64,000 bases of DNA from positions 1,440,001-1,504,000 of the forward strand of contig CAVWVI010000003.1 in the NCBI GenBank assembly GCA_963758495.1, read 5' to 3'. How positions within the stretch are numbered: the first letter of the stretch is position 1; every line of letters starts with the position of its first letter. The position numbers and the translations under genes are program-made. Positions 10,552-24,127 of this stretch are shown piece after piece. The notes under the pieces were generated by a model. That model did no database searches, was not told where the DNA came from, and saw only the letters and a program-made list of their open reading frames with translations. The stretch is from Oligoflexia bacterium (GTDB lineage Bacteria; Bdellovibrionota; UBA1018).

Positions 10552-11658
10552 ATGAACTTTTCAATTGATCGCTCACCGCTATTAGAAGCACTTCAAAAAG
10601 TGCAAACCGTGGTTGAGAAAAAAAATACAATACAAATTCTTGGCAGCATTCTTTGCACAGTGAAAAATCAAGAGTTATCTCTTTGTGCAACAGACTTAGA
10701 AGTCGGGATTAAAGTGAATCTCCCAGTAGAGGCTCAGCAGGAGGGAAAGATTACTCTCTCAGCAAAGCACTTTCTAGATATTGTCAAAGAACTTCCAGAG
10801 AAGAAGCTGACCATTACGAGAAAGGACAATAGTTGGATTGAAATCAACTGTGGGAAATCCCGCTTTAATATAGTGAGTCTTTCAGCGGATCAGTTTCCGT
10901 CCCTTCCTGGGTTTGAAGATAAGATTTATTTTGAGGCACAAACCAAGTCTTTAATTGATATGATTGATCGGACACAGTTCGCTGCTTCTACGGACACAAC
11001 ACGGTATCACATTAACGGGGTATTCTTTGAACACCTTGAAAACAGCGTCATGAGAATGACCGCAACAGACGGTCATCGATTGTCCTTTGTAGATCAAGAA
11101 GTCTTTTTGAATAACCCTGATCTTAAACGGGGGATTATTATCCCGAAAAAAGGGTTAGCAGAATTTAGAAAAATTTTAGATGAAGGTAGTCAAACTATCG
11201 GTCTTTCTTTTGAGAGAGGCTATATTTTTGCAAAGTTGGAAAGTACTTATTTGTTTATTCGTTTGATCGATGGCGAATATCCTGATTATAGACCTGTGAT
11301 TCCCAAGGCCGTTGATCGGTTGGTGAAAATTGATCGACAAACTTTTAATTCTGCGCTCAAACGAGTCAGCTTACTCGCAAACGAGAAAAGCAGAGGAATC
11401 AAACTGACTCTACAAGCAGGTTCTCTTGTTATTTCTTCCAGTAATCCAGATATGGGAGAAGCACATGAAGAACTTGAAGTTGAGTATACAGGTGAATCCA
11501 TGGAGATTGGTTTTAACTCTAAATACTTGCTTGAGAGTTTAGCTGTCATGAAGTCAGAAAAACTAGAATTTCATCTTAAAGACCGATTGAGTCCTGGAAT
11601 TCTGCGAGAAGTGGATCACCAAAACCATACTTACGTTATTATGCCTATGCGAATTTAG
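10552..11658 (+). CDS. dnaN: DNA polymerase III beta sliding clamp
   Basis: ATDLE, ATDGHRL, GEYPDY, IGFNSKYL, C-terminal VIMPMRI. Confidence 0.98.
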   Translation: MNFSIDRSPLLEALQKVQTVVEKKNTIQILGSILCTVKNQELSLCATDLEVGIKVNLPVEAQQEGKITLSAKHFLDIVKELPEKKLTITRKDNSWIEINCGKSRFNIVSLSADQFPSLPGFEDKIYFEAQTKSLIDMIDRTQFAASTDTTRYHINGVFFEHLENSVMRMTATDGHRLSFVDQEVFLNNPDLKRGIIIPKKGLAEFRKILDEGSQTIGLSFERGYIFAKLESTYLFIRLIDGEYPDYRPVIPKAVDRLVKIDRQTFNSALKRVSLLANEKSRGIKLTLQAGSLVISSSNPDMGEAHEELEVEYTGESMEIGFNSKYLLESLAVMKSEKLEFHLKDRLSPGILREVDHQNHTYVIMPMRI

Positions 11659-11666
11659 TCAATTTA

Positions 11667-15339
<3,673 letters not shown>

Positions 15340-15373
15340 GAATTGTAGCTATAAAGGCGGATAAGTAAAGATC

Positions 15374-17941
15374 ATGAGTGAAACACTGCCTCAGGAAAAA
15401 AATGTAATTGTTGTTAATATTGAAGATGAAATGCGTGGAGCCTACCTCGATTACGCCATGAGTGTCATCGTAGGTCGAGCGTTACCAGACGTTCGTGACG
15501 GTTTGAAGCCAGTTCACCGACGAGCGCTCTATGCAATGTATGATTTAGGTAACGTTCACAATAAACCTTATAAAAAATCAGCCCGTGTCGTGGGTGACGT
15601 TATTGGTAAATACCATCCGCACGGAGATGTACCAGTCTATGAAACCATTGTCCGAATGGCACAAGGCTTCTCGCTTCGATATCCGTTGATTGATGGACAA
15701 GGAAATTTCGGCTCCATCGACGGTGATTCTCCGGCAGCCATGAGGTATACCGAGATTCGAATGGCAAAGATCACAGATGAACTTCTGGCTGATCTGGATC
15801 GCGAAACAGTAGATTTCACACCCAATTACGATGATAGTTTAACGGAACCTTCCGTTCTTCCAGCTAAAATTCCAAATTTACTCATTAACGGTTCAACAGG
15901 AATTGCAGTTGGAATGGCAACTAATATTCCTCCACATAATTTGTCAGAAGTGATTCAAGCAACGATTGCTCTGATTGATAATCCCAAGTTAATTGCGGAT
16001 GAACTCACACAGTATGTAAAGGGACCTGATTTTCCGACAGGTGGTTTTATATTTGCAGGACAAGGACTAAAAGATGCCTATCGAACTGGACGTGGCGCAA
16101 TCACGCTCCGAGCGAAGGTAGAAATAGAAATTTGGAAAGGCGATCGAGAGAGGATTATTGTTACCGAGCTTCCTTATCAAGTGAATAAAGCAAAGCTGAT
16201 CGAAAAGATTGCTGATTTAGTGAAGGATAAGAAAATAGAAGGCATTTCAGACTTAAGAGATGAGTCTGATCGTACGGGGATGAGAATTGTAATTGAAATT
16301 AAAAAGGGTACGAATTCAAATGTACTTTTGAACCAGCTTTATAAGCTGACTCAGCTTCAAGATAGTTATGGAATTAATTTGCTGGGAATTCATCAAAATC
16401 GTCCCAAGCTCTTTAATTTAAGAGATTTGCTTTGGGCGTTCATTGAACACCGCAAAGATGTTGTCGTTCGTCGGACCCTCTATGACTTAAAAAAAGCTGA
16501 GGCCAGAGCTCATATTTTAGAAGGATTGAAGAGAGCGGTTGAGTATATTGATGAAGTCATTTCATTAATTAAGCAGGCAGGAAACCCTGAAGAGGCTCGT
16601 TCCGGATTAATGGGACGTTTCGAGTTTTCAGAATTACAAGCACAGGCAATTTTAGAAATGCGTTTACAACGGCTCACTGGCCTTGAGCGCGATAAAATTG
16701 TGGATGAATATAAGCAGATTTTACTTTCAATTGAAGCCTTGAAGAAGATTTTATCAAGTGAAGCTCTTGTATTTGAGGTGATTAAAAAAGAACTTTTAGA
16801 AATACAAAAGAATTATGGTGATAAAGATAAGAGACGTACTGAAATTATCCTGGGGGGATTGAATGATTTTGAAGTGGAAGATCTCATCTCTGACGAGGAT
16901 ACGTTAGTTTCAATTACGCATGCAGGTTATATTAAGAGAGCTGATCCTAATTTATTTCGAAGTCAGCATCGTGGCGGACGTGGAATTCGGGGCGTAAGCA
17001 CGGGAGATGAAGATTTTGTTACGGCAATCTACCGAACAAACACTCTGAGTTACCTACTCTGTTTTACGGATAAGGGAAGATTGTATTGGCTCAAAGTTTA
17101 TAAAGTTCCAGAAGCGAGCCGAATTGCTAAAGGTAAAGCGATTGTAAACTTAGTGGCCCTTTCTCCTTCAGAGAAGATAAAAGCCATTCTTCCCGTTCGA
17201 GAATTTAGTGACCATGAATTTGTGGTGATGGTCACCCGTGCGGGAGTTATTAAAAGGACCGCATTAAGTGAATTTAAAAATGTCAGAGCGGCTGGACTAA
17301 CTGCGATCTCAACAGATGAAGGGGATGAACTCGTCAGTGCAAAATTGACTAAAGGTAATAATGATATTTTCCTTTGTTCCAGAGATGGAATGAGTATTCG
17401 CTTTAATGAGCAAGACGTAAGGGTGGTTGGACGCACTGCTCGCGGTGTAGCGGGAATGAATCTTTCCGATGATGACCGTGTGGTAGCGATGGAAGTTTTG
17501 GATATTTCTGATGGAACTCCACAACAAGAATATGAAATTCTCACTGTGACCGAAAACGGTTATGGAAAGAGAACTCCTGTGAGTGAATATCGTATTCAAA
17601 GTCGTGGAGGGGTCGGCGTTATTACGATGAAGACGAATGACAGGAATGGAACCATTATGGGTTCTCGTCAAGTATTGCCTAAAGATGATGTCATGTTGGT
17701 ATCGAGCAAAGGGCAAATGATTCGTATTCATGTAGGTGAAATCTCTGAGCAAGGACGAAACACCCAAGGGGTTCGACTCATTTCCTTGTCACCTGCAGAA
17801 AAGCTAGTTTCATTTGAATACCTGGCAGAAAATGCAATTGAAGCTGTAGTAGAGCTCACAAGTGAACAGCTTGTGCCGGAACCCGTCTTAGAGGGAGAAG
17901 TTTTCATTGACGGAGCAGAAGGTGATGGAGGTCTCAGCTGA
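15374..17941 (+). CDS. gyrA: DNA gyrase subunit A
   Basis: [23 protein letters not shown], GyrA-box-like QHRGGRG. Confidence 0.98.
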   Translation: MSETLPQEKNVIVVNIEDEMRGAYLDYAMSVIVGRALPDVRDGLKPVHRRALYAMYDLGNVHNKPYKKSARVVGDVIGKYHPHGDVPVYETIVRMAQGFSLRYPLIDGQGNFGSIDGDSPAAMRYTEIRMAKITDELLADLDRETVDFTPNYDDSLTEPSVLPAKIPNLLINGSTGIAVGMATNIPPHNLSEVIQATIALIDNPKLIADELTQYVKGPDFPTGGFIFAGQGLKDAYRTGRGAITLRAKVEIEIWKGDRERIIVTELPYQVNKAKLIEKIADLVKDKKIEGISDLRDESDRTGMRIVIEIKKGTNSNVLLNQLYKLTQLQDSYGINLLGIHQNRPKLFNLRDLLWAFIEHRKDVVVRRTLYDLKKAEARAHILEGLKRAVEYIDEVISLIKQAGNPEEARSGLMGRFEFSELQAQAILEMRLQRLTGLERDKIVDEYKQILLSIEALKKILSSEALVFEVIKKELLEIQKNYGDKDKRRTEIILGGLNDFEVEDLISDEDTLVSITHAGYIKRADPNLFRSQHRGGRGIRGVSTGDEDFVTAIYRTNTLSYLLCFTDKGRLYWLKVYKVPEASRIAKGKAIVNLVALSPSEKIKAILPVREFSDHEFVVMVTRAGVIKRTALSEFKNVRAAGLTAISTDEGDELVSAKLTKGNNDIFLCSRDGMSIRFNEQDVRVVGRTARGVAGMNLSDDDRVVAMEVLDISDGTPQQEYEILTVTENGYGKRTPVSEYRIQSRGGVGVITMKTNDRNGTIMGSRQVLPKDDVMLVSSKGQMIRIHVGEISEQGRNTQGVRLISLSPAEKLVSFEYLAENAIEAVVELTSEQLVPEPVLEGEVFIDGAEGDGGLS

Positions 17942-17955
17942 CGAGGACAGCCAGC

Positions 17956-18798
17956 TTGAGATCTTTAACGCAATGGACCCGGGCGTTAAATCCGCTATTG
18001 ATAAGTGGTTTGCTAGTGATTTCAAACAGTGCATGTAGTGTGGATAGCGCCCGAAGTCACTACGTTCTAGCTGAGAAGCTTTGGACTGATCAAAAATATA
18101 CTGAGGCAGTTTCAGAGTTTGAGAAAGTCATGAGTAAAGATTCCCATGGAAAGCTTGGCCTTCAAGCGATCTACCGTGCGGCTATGACTCAGTTTTTATT
18201 TCTTTCTCAATATAACGATGCTGTCCGAAAGTTTAGGGCGTATGCTCAAGAAAGTACGGATCAGAAGTCAGCTTGGATAGCGCAGTTGCAAATCGGTGAG
18301 ATTTTATTTTCAAAAACTGAACAATACGATCAGGCTATTCTTCACTACCAGTCCATGCTTAAACTGGATCCTTTAGCTCCAGAAGCACCTGAGCTTTTAT
18401 TTAGAGTTGGAAAAAGTTTTTTTTATCTCTTTCAATTTAAGGAGGCCGTGAGTACCTACGAAGACTTAATTAAGAAATATCCTCAGTCGGCTTGGGCTGA
18501 AAAGGCGATGTTTGAGATTGGGTCCACTTATTTCACTCAAGGAGAGCAAAACTCTGACGTTGGAATGGAAGCCTATCAGGTAGCGATCCATGCCTATGAA
18601 AGGTTTATTAAGCACTATCCTCAGAGTACTCGAGTGGTAGAAGCTCATTTTGGAATGGCCTCTTGCTTGGAGGAGTTAAATCAACTCAGTGAAGCTTGTC
18701 GAGCCTATGAAGCTTTAAAAGGGATTTATCCGTCCCCTCACGTGATTGAGGTCAAACTCCTGCGAATTCACAAACGAATCGCTCAACGGAATCGGTAA
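17956..18798 (+). CDS. TPR-repeat putative lipoprotein (BamD/CpoB-like)
   Basis: Repeated helical YxxAxxxY..LIKKYPQS patterns; N-terminal hydrophobic stretch with SAC. Confidence 0.7.
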   Translation: MRSLTQWTRALNPLLISGLLVISNSACSVDSARSHYVLAEKLWTDQKYTEAVSEFEKVMSKDSHGKLGLQAIYRAAMTQFLFLSQYNDAVRKFRAYAQESTDQKSAWIAQLQIGEILFSKTEQYDQAILHYQSMLKLDPLAPEAPELLFRVGKSFFYLFQFKEAVSTYEDLIKKYPQSAWAEKAMFEIGSTYFTQGEQNSDVGMEAYQVAIHAYERFIKHYPQSTRVVEAHFGMASCLEELNQLSEACRAYEALKGIYPSPHVIEVKLLRIHKRIAQRNR

Positions 18799-18992
18799 TG
18801 GATTGGAAAAAACTAGGCTTATTTACGGCTATCTTGACTGAATTTATTGCATACTCTGGCGCTGGGTTTGGCTTAGGATACCTGGTTTGGGCTAAGTGGG
18901 GGGCTCCCTGGTGGGTGCTTGGAATTTTCAGTTTAAGTGGGTTGAGTCTAGGAATTTACAAAATCTATCAGCTTTCCCAGAAAGAACTTTAA
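18798..18992 (+). CDS. AtpZ/AtpI-family small membrane protein
   Basis: 64 aa, two hydrophobic helices with GFGLGYLVWAKWGAPWW; upstream of atpB. Confidence 0.7.
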   Translation: MDWKKLGLFTAILTEFIAYSGAGFGLGYLVWAKWGAPWWVLGIFSLSGLSLGIYKIYQLSQKEL

Positions 18993-19142
18993 CGAAATTC
19001 TGGAAAAGAGAAGAGGACGACAGGACCCATTCCAGAGAATTTGCCCGAGAAGTTGGTCGAGCCGCAAAGCTCGCGGTTGACGGCAGGGCTAACCAAGTGT
19101 ACAAACGAAAAACGCCTATGGAACCGATGAGGGTATTATCTA

Positions 19143-19856
19143 ATGCATGAGGAGCATGGTTTTAATTTACTGTCTTATATTCCTCTTTTGAAGGAACTTC
19201 CCAATCATGTCGCAATGACCATTGTGGTATGTCTGGTTTTGGTTGCAACTACGTTCATTGCAAAGCTTCAGTTAGTTCGCGCAATGCAAGGACCGGATGG
19301 CGGTTTAGTTCCTGATGTAAAACTGACTTATAAAAACTTTTTTGAAATTATTGCGGAAAGTCTCTTTAAGTTGACTGAGTCTGTAATTGGACATCACGAT
19401 GCCCCTCTTTATTTCCCTATCATCGGATCGCTTTTTGCTTTGATTTTTACCTGCAACATTGTGGGGCTTGTTCCAGGTCTTTTGCCTCCTACAGATAATC
19501 TAAATACTACTTTGGCTTTAGGTATCTTTGTTTTTATTTATTACAATTACGTTGGATTCAAAGCCCATGGGTTGGCTTATTTGAAGCAGTTTCTAGGACC
19601 AGTTCTTTGGTTAGCGCCCTTGATGATCATCATTGAATTAGCTTCCCACCTTTTTAGACCACTTTCCCTTGCGTTTCGTTTACGCGGGAATATTATGGGC
19701 GATCACGTCGTCCTCGGAGTTTTTAGCACATTGGTACCCTACCTCTTACCTGTAATTTTTTATGGGCTGGGAGTGTTCGTGGCCTTTATACAGGCCTTCG
19801 TCTTTTGTTTGATGACGATGGTCTATATTTCCCTGTCGACATCACATGATCATTGA
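19143..19856 (+). CDS. atpB: ATP synthase F0 subunit a
   Basis: [29 protein letters not shown]. Confidence 0.96.
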   Translation: MHEEHGFNLLSYIPLLKELPNHVAMTIVVCLVLVATTFIAKLQLVRAMQGPDGGLVPDVKLTYKNFFEIIAESLFKLTESVIGHHDAPLYFPIIGSLFALIFTCNIVGLVPGLLPPTDNLNTTLALGIFVFIYYNYVGFKAHGLAYLKQFLGPVLWLAPLMIIIELASHLFRPLSLAFRLRGNIMGDHVVLGVFSTLVPYLLPVIFYGLGVFVAFIQAFVFCLMTMVYISLSTSHDH

Positions 19857-19876
19857 GAAGAAAGGATGAATTGAAA

Positions 19877-20185
19877 ATGAATTTTCGTAAGACCCTGTTA
19901 TTAATTGGGACTTTAGTAATGACTTTTGGCGCTTCGTTCGCTTTTGCTGATGAAGCAGCAGCGGCACATGGAGCAGGTATGGGTTCACTTGGAGCCGCAT
20001 TAGCTATCGGTATTGCAGCATTCGGTGGAGCTCTCGGACAAGGTAAAACAGCTGCAGCAGCCTTGGAAGGGATTGGACGTAATCCATCTGCTCAAAATAA
20101 AATTTTCGTACCTATGATTATCGGTCTTGCCTTGATCGAATCTCTTGTTTTGTACGCATTCGTTATCGCTTTCGTCAAATACTGA
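19877..20185 (+). CDS. atpE: ATP synthase F0 subunit c with N-terminal extension
   Basis: GGALGQG, EGIGRNP loop, LALIESL. Confidence 0.96.
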   Translation: MNFRKTLLLIGTLVMTFGASFAFADEAAAAHGAGMGSLGAALAIGIAAFGGALGQGKTAAAALEGIGRNPSAQNKIFVPMIIGLALIESLVLYAFVIAFVKY

Positions 20186-20351
20186 GATCTGTATATATGT
20201 AAGTTCTCGACGACATCTGCGGGGTTAATCATTTTTTGTGACCCCACAAATGTTGTTGAGAACTTTTTTTTCAAACACTTTCCTCTCCCTTTTTAAATTC
20301 CCTTTTTCCTCCTCATATTTTTGTAACTTTTCTAAAACCTGAATCAAGTGT

Positions 20352-20423
20352 AAGCACTACGCGGAGTCCTGTTGCGCCGGGAATCCAAATCTTTACGGCA
20401 CAACAGGACTCCGTGTAGTGCTT
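20352..20423. repeat. 72-bp GC-rich inverted repeat (28-bp arms, 2 mismatches, 16-nt loop)
   Basis: AAGCACTACGCGGAGTCCTGTTGCGCCG ... CGGCACAACAGGACTCCGTGTAGTGCTT. Confidence 0.9.
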
Positions 20424-20480
20424 GTCAACAGCCCTAAAGGAATTACTTACGATCAAGTGAAGTGTGACATGGCTTCCTCG

Positions 20481-20570
20481 TTTAAGGACGCAATTTGCGA
20501 CCTTAAAGAAAAGTGAACATGGTAACTATCAGAAATACTTATCTTTTACGGAGATGAGTATGATTCTTTA
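20481..20570 (+). pseudogene. Decayed ORF6N-domain fragment containing a palindrome (20481-20507)
   Basis: TTTAAGGACGCAA-T-TTGCGACCTTAAA; frame from 20482 reads LRTQFATLKKSEHGNYQKYLSFTEMSMIL*, resembling LNSQFPISSTEHGGRRYLPYIFTEHGATML in the downstream gene. Confidence 0.65.
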
Positions 20571-20625
20571 AGGTCGCTGATGTGCCGTCAGATAGCGAAA
20601 TGAGAGAGTTGTGAATTGTTCTCCA

Positions 20626-21119
20626 AACTTGAGGTCGCAAATTGCGACCTCAAGTTGCGATGCGTTATTTATAGTCTTAGATATCAAAACTTGAGATGCC
20701 AATTTGGCATCTCAAGTTGTAATTTTCTCGGCGTTCATTGGGTTTTACATTTAAAATCAACTAGTTATATAGGAAATCTTGAGATGCCAATTTGGCATCT
20801 CAAGTTAGATTTACCTAAATTTGCCTACCAATTTTTATTTTAAAATTCATATATACATAAACTTGAGGTCGCAAATTGCGACCTCAAGTTGCGATGCGTC
20901 ATTTGTTATTTCGGGTACAACTTGAGGCGCCAAATTGGTACCTCAAGTTGTAAGATTCTAAAATTTAATAAAAATTCACATTTAAAATCAATTAGTTAGA
21001 TAATAAAACTTGAGGTGCTAAATTGGTACCTCAAGTTTTATAAGCTTTGGAAGTTCAAGTTTTGGGGTGTTAATTTAAGATTTCAAAAAACTTGAGGTCG
21101 CAAATTGCGACCTCAAGTT
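20626..21119. repeat. Array of seven 31-bp palindromes (consensus AACTTGAG-N4-CAA-W-TTG-N4-CTCAAGTT) with 28-57 bp AT-rich spacers
   Basis: Copies start at 20626, 20688, 20776, 20860, 20919, 21007 and 21089; spacers 31, 57, 53, 28, 57 and 51 bp. Confidence 0.95.
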
Positions 21120-21184
21120 ACAGAAGTAAATTTTACTATGATTTAATATGGTGCGAGATTCTAAAAGGGTGTAGATCGCATGCC

Positions 21185-22102
21185 ATGCAATTAACAATTA
21201 GCGAAATTAGGCGACGGATCTACTTTATGCGTGGTCAGCGTGTAATGCTGGATGTCGACTTAGCAAAATTCTACGAAATTTCAACTAAGCGTTTAAATGA
21301 GCAGGTAAAGAGAAATATCAGTCGGTTTCCGGAAGATTTTAGATTTCGACTTACAGAAAATGAATGTGATGAATTGAATTCACAATTTCCAATTTCAAGC
21401 ACTGAGCATGGAGGAAGGCGATATTTACCTTATATTTTTACGGAGCATGGTGCCACAATGTTAGCAAGTGTTTTGAATACTGACCGGGCCATTCAAGTAA
21501 ATGTAACTATTGTTCGTGCTTTTGTTCAAATCCGTGAGTCCTCAATCCAAAAAGAGCTAGCATTAAAAGTAATGACACTAGAGAAACAGTACACTGAGGT
21601 CTCGAAAGTTATCTCCGATGTTCATTTAAAACTTATGGCCCTGACTTCGCTACAAAAGACTAATTCTTTTAAAACTCGTTACAATAAAGCTGACTTAAAA
21701 GAGCAAGAACATGTCTCGCTTGATACTAAGTTAGAGACACTGACTCTCGTTACAAAGGAAGCTAAAAGAGATTTCAATAACGCTAACGCTATCAATGAAG
21801 TGCCTCACAATCTTATAATCGGCGAAATTCAAAAAGCTGTAGCAAGATATTATAATGTAAAAATTCAGGATTTACGAAGTACAACTCGCATCAAGGTAAT
21901 CGCATTGGCCAGACAAATCGCGATGTATTTAGTCCGAAAACATACGGGGATGAGTTTTAAAGACATTGGAACTCATTTCGGTGGTAAAGATCACACAACA
22001 ATTATGCATGCTTGTAGTAAGGTTGAAGTGAGTATAAAAATAGATGCTTCAATTCGGAACGCTATAGAGTCGATTGAAGGGGTTTTGTCAAAAAATATTT
22101 AA
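21185..22102 (+). CDS. ORF6N (KilA-N-like) domain protein fused to a DnaA C-terminal (domain IV) HTH
   Basis: N-terminal IYFMRGQRVMLDVDLAKFYEISTKRLNEQVKRNISRFPEDF..GGRRYLPYIFTEHGATMLASVL; C-terminal 87 aa align gap-free to this window's DnaA domain IV (53/87 identical by hand); alternative TTG start at 21092. Confidence 0.9.
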   Translation: MQLTISEIRRRIYFMRGQRVMLDVDLAKFYEISTKRLNEQVKRNISRFPEDFRFRLTENECDELNSQFPISSTEHGGRRYLPYIFTEHGATMLASVLNTDRAIQVNVTIVRAFVQIRESSIQKELALKVMTLEKQYTEVSKVISDVHLKLMALTSLQKTNSFKTRYNKADLKEQEHVSLDTKLETLTLVTKEAKRDFNNANAINEVPHNLIIGEIQKAVARYYNVKIQDLRSTTRIKVIALARQIAMYLVRKHTGMSFKDIGTHFGGKDHTTIMHACSKVEVSIKIDASIRNAIESIEGVLSKNI

Positions 22103-22248
22103 ATTATTAAAGTTTATACTCTAAACGATTTTCAGTTGTCTAAAATATAAACACTATTTTCTTAAAACACCCATAAAAACAGCATAATTCCAATACTTTG
22201 TCGTCGGCACCATTGTTGCTTAAGGTAAATCCTACGAAGGATGGAGTT

Positions 22249-22443
22249 ATGATAAGTAAGTCTTCTGCAGGTTTAGATGAAATATTAGAAATACTAGATC
22301 TATTCAGATATGATATGAGTGATTCTGAATACGATCACGCTCGAAAAGTGATCTTATCTAAGGGGAATGGTTTATCAGCTGAATTTGATTTAGCTGTCAG
22401 GGCTGATCAACAGAAAGTCATTGAATTCTTCAGGGAATTATAA
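22249..22443 (+). CDS. Small hypothetical protein
   Basis: ORF with GGAG upstream of ATG 22249; no recognised motif. Confidence 0.45.
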   Translation: MISKSSAGLDEILEILDLFRYDMSDSEYDHARKVILSKGNGLSAEFDLAVRADQQKVIEFFREL

Positions 22444-22477
22444 TGAATTCATATTTTATCGTATATGAATTCATTAT
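22440..22477. repeat. Perfect 15-bp inverted repeat with 8-nt spacer (operator-like)
   Basis: ATAATGAATTCATAT-tttatcgt-ATATGAATTCATTAT. Confidence 0.8.
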
Positions 22478-22493
22478 GTATTTTTAAGTAATT

Positions 22494-23387
22494 ATGAATA
22501 AATTAACTAAATATAGCTATAAGCTAATGGTAATTAATTTCTGGACTTTATTGATAGCGCTCGGTCTGAGCCCATCATGGGTACTTGCATGTAATTCACT
22601 TTTTATTGACGAAGGTACGATTAAAAAAATACCGAGCGTTATTAAGGCAACTGAAAATAGTTCCAATAATTTTCAGGCTTATATTGATGCCTATGAATCA
22701 GCATGTAAGGAACAAAATGAACTCATGACGAGGATCTTAGGCCAAATGGCACCTCATGATCCAACAAAAGACGCTCAAGATCATGAGGTTGTCGTGATCG
22801 ATAATACTCTCTTATCCATTAAAAAAATGATTGAATCCAATTACAGCTTTGAAGAAAGCTGGAACAATAATAGCAGCAGAATAAATACAAACCCGTTTGA
22901 TTATCTTTATCAGGAAGTGTGTCAAGGTAGAATTACTCATTCTTATATACAGTATTCTATATCTAAACTAAGAGAATCTATTTTTAATGGAGGATCTACT
23001 CAATTCAGTACTCAAGAAAATGCTTATCCGCAATTAATAACAGTATTTGAAGGAAAAAAGTTGGTGGGTCTTGCATTTTATGAGTATCACGGTAGAGACG
23101 GCTTCACGGAAGATTCTGTGGTTATTGATTTAATCTGTGTTGCAAAGGGAAAGCAGCTTGGAGAAAAAATAATTACTAGTTTAGAAAATAAAAATCTTAA
23201 AGCCACAAATGCAAATCCAGGTTCTCTGAAGAGAAGAAAAATTACTTTAAACTCTATCGCTAACCCGAAGACATTTAGTTTTTATGAACGAATGTCATTT
23301 AAGGTAGACATGTCTGGAAATTCAGAAGAAGGTATTCCAATGATTAAGGAAATTGAATTCAACCTTACCCAGAGAATTCTCAATTAA
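22494..23387 (+). CDS. Hypothetical exported protein with C-terminal GNAT-like region
   Basis: Signal-like N-terminus; KLVGLAFY..IDLICVAKGKQLGEKII..FSFYERMSF resembles GNAT motifs A and B. Confidence 0.55.
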   Translation: MNKLTKYSYKLMVINFWTLLIALGLSPSWVLACNSLFIDEGTIKKIPSVIKATENSSNNFQAYIDAYESACKEQNELMTRILGQMAPHDPTKDAQDHEVVVIDNTLLSIKKMIESNYSFEESWNNNSSRINTNPFDYLYQEVCQGRITHSYIQYSISKLRESIFNGGSTQFSTQENAYPQLITVFEGKKLVGLAFYEYHGRDGFTEDSVVIDLICVAKGKQLGEKIITSLENKNLKATNANPGSLKRRKITLNSIANPKTFSFYERMSFKVDMSGNSEEGIPMIKEIEFNLTQRILN

Positions 23388-23509
23388 AGAGAACATGCGT
23401 GCGTAAATAATTAACAAATATAATTTAATTAAATTGTATAATACTTAGACAGTTGTTAACGTAATTCAAGTCGCCTTTCTTTTTTTAATCCCATAACCTA
23501 CTGTTTGTA

Positions 23510-24088
23510 TTGATGAAAGCGATGGCATCTGAATTGCTTTTACTATCATTAACTATGATAATAAAAAGCACAAATTTAAAAAATAATACATTAAATACTT
23601 TAATCGCCGGTATCGTGGTCACCACTTTAGTTGCTCTATTCGCCGTTACAGAAAACTCTTCTTATGCTCACTCTCAAAGAGGCGAAATTGCAAGTGCTAG
23701 TGCTCATGTATCAGTTACAGTGGTAACCCCACTCGGTATGGATACAAAGAAGAATTTTACTTTGAATGAAGTGACTCAAGGTTCAAAACCCCAAGTGATA
23801 CAGCCTACTGATCAGGGTGCTACTCAATTTTATGCAACTGGAGAGAAAGATCATCTGATTACACTCTCATTTGATTCTCAAGTTTCCTTAAATGATGGGG
23901 CTGGTAACCAGATTGGTTTTAATCATATCAGATCGAATGTAGGCGATGGAAGTTCTGGAAATAGTACTAAGTTAAATGCTGCAGGAGTCAAAGGTTTTCA
24001 GTTGGGAGGAAGCAGAGCTGCTTTTTCCAAGAATCAGGTAGTCGGGATGTATTTAGGCTTTCTAAAAGCAACTGTTGTTTACCAATAA
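23510..24088 (+). CDS. Secreted beta-rich protein, DUF4402-like
   Basis: Signal-like segment, ASASAHVSVTVVTPL, FQLGG..GMYLG..ATVVYQ pattern. Confidence 0.55.
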   Translation: MMKAMASELLLLSLTMIIKSTNLKNNTLNTLIAGIVVTTLVALFAVTENSSYAHSQRGEIASASAHVSVTVVTPLGMDTKKNFTLNEVTQGSKPQVIQPTDQGATQFYATGEKDHLITLSFDSQVSLNDGAGNQIGFNHIRSNVGDGSSGNSTKLNAAGVKGFQLGGSRAAFSKNQVVGMYLGFLKATVVYQ

Positions 24089-24127
24089 AGTGGAAATATT
24101 CCGTTTTAAGGATATTCTATTTTTAAA

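Noticed and set aside
18896..19150. 84-aa ORF between atpZ/I and atpB
   Set aside because: Hydrophilic, overlaps the upstream gene, no resemblance to AtpI.
20616..20843. 75-aa ORF over the array
   Set aside because: Product of palindrome translation in AT-rich spacers; TTG start and no evident RBS.
20626..21119. CRISPR array
   Set aside because: No cas genes in the window; repeats are full-length palindromes of several types; spacers vary from 28 to 57 bp and are related to each other by duplication.
21641..21770. Three weak CTCGTTACAA-like repeats in the fusion linker
   Set aside because: Too short and degenerate to distinguish from chance.
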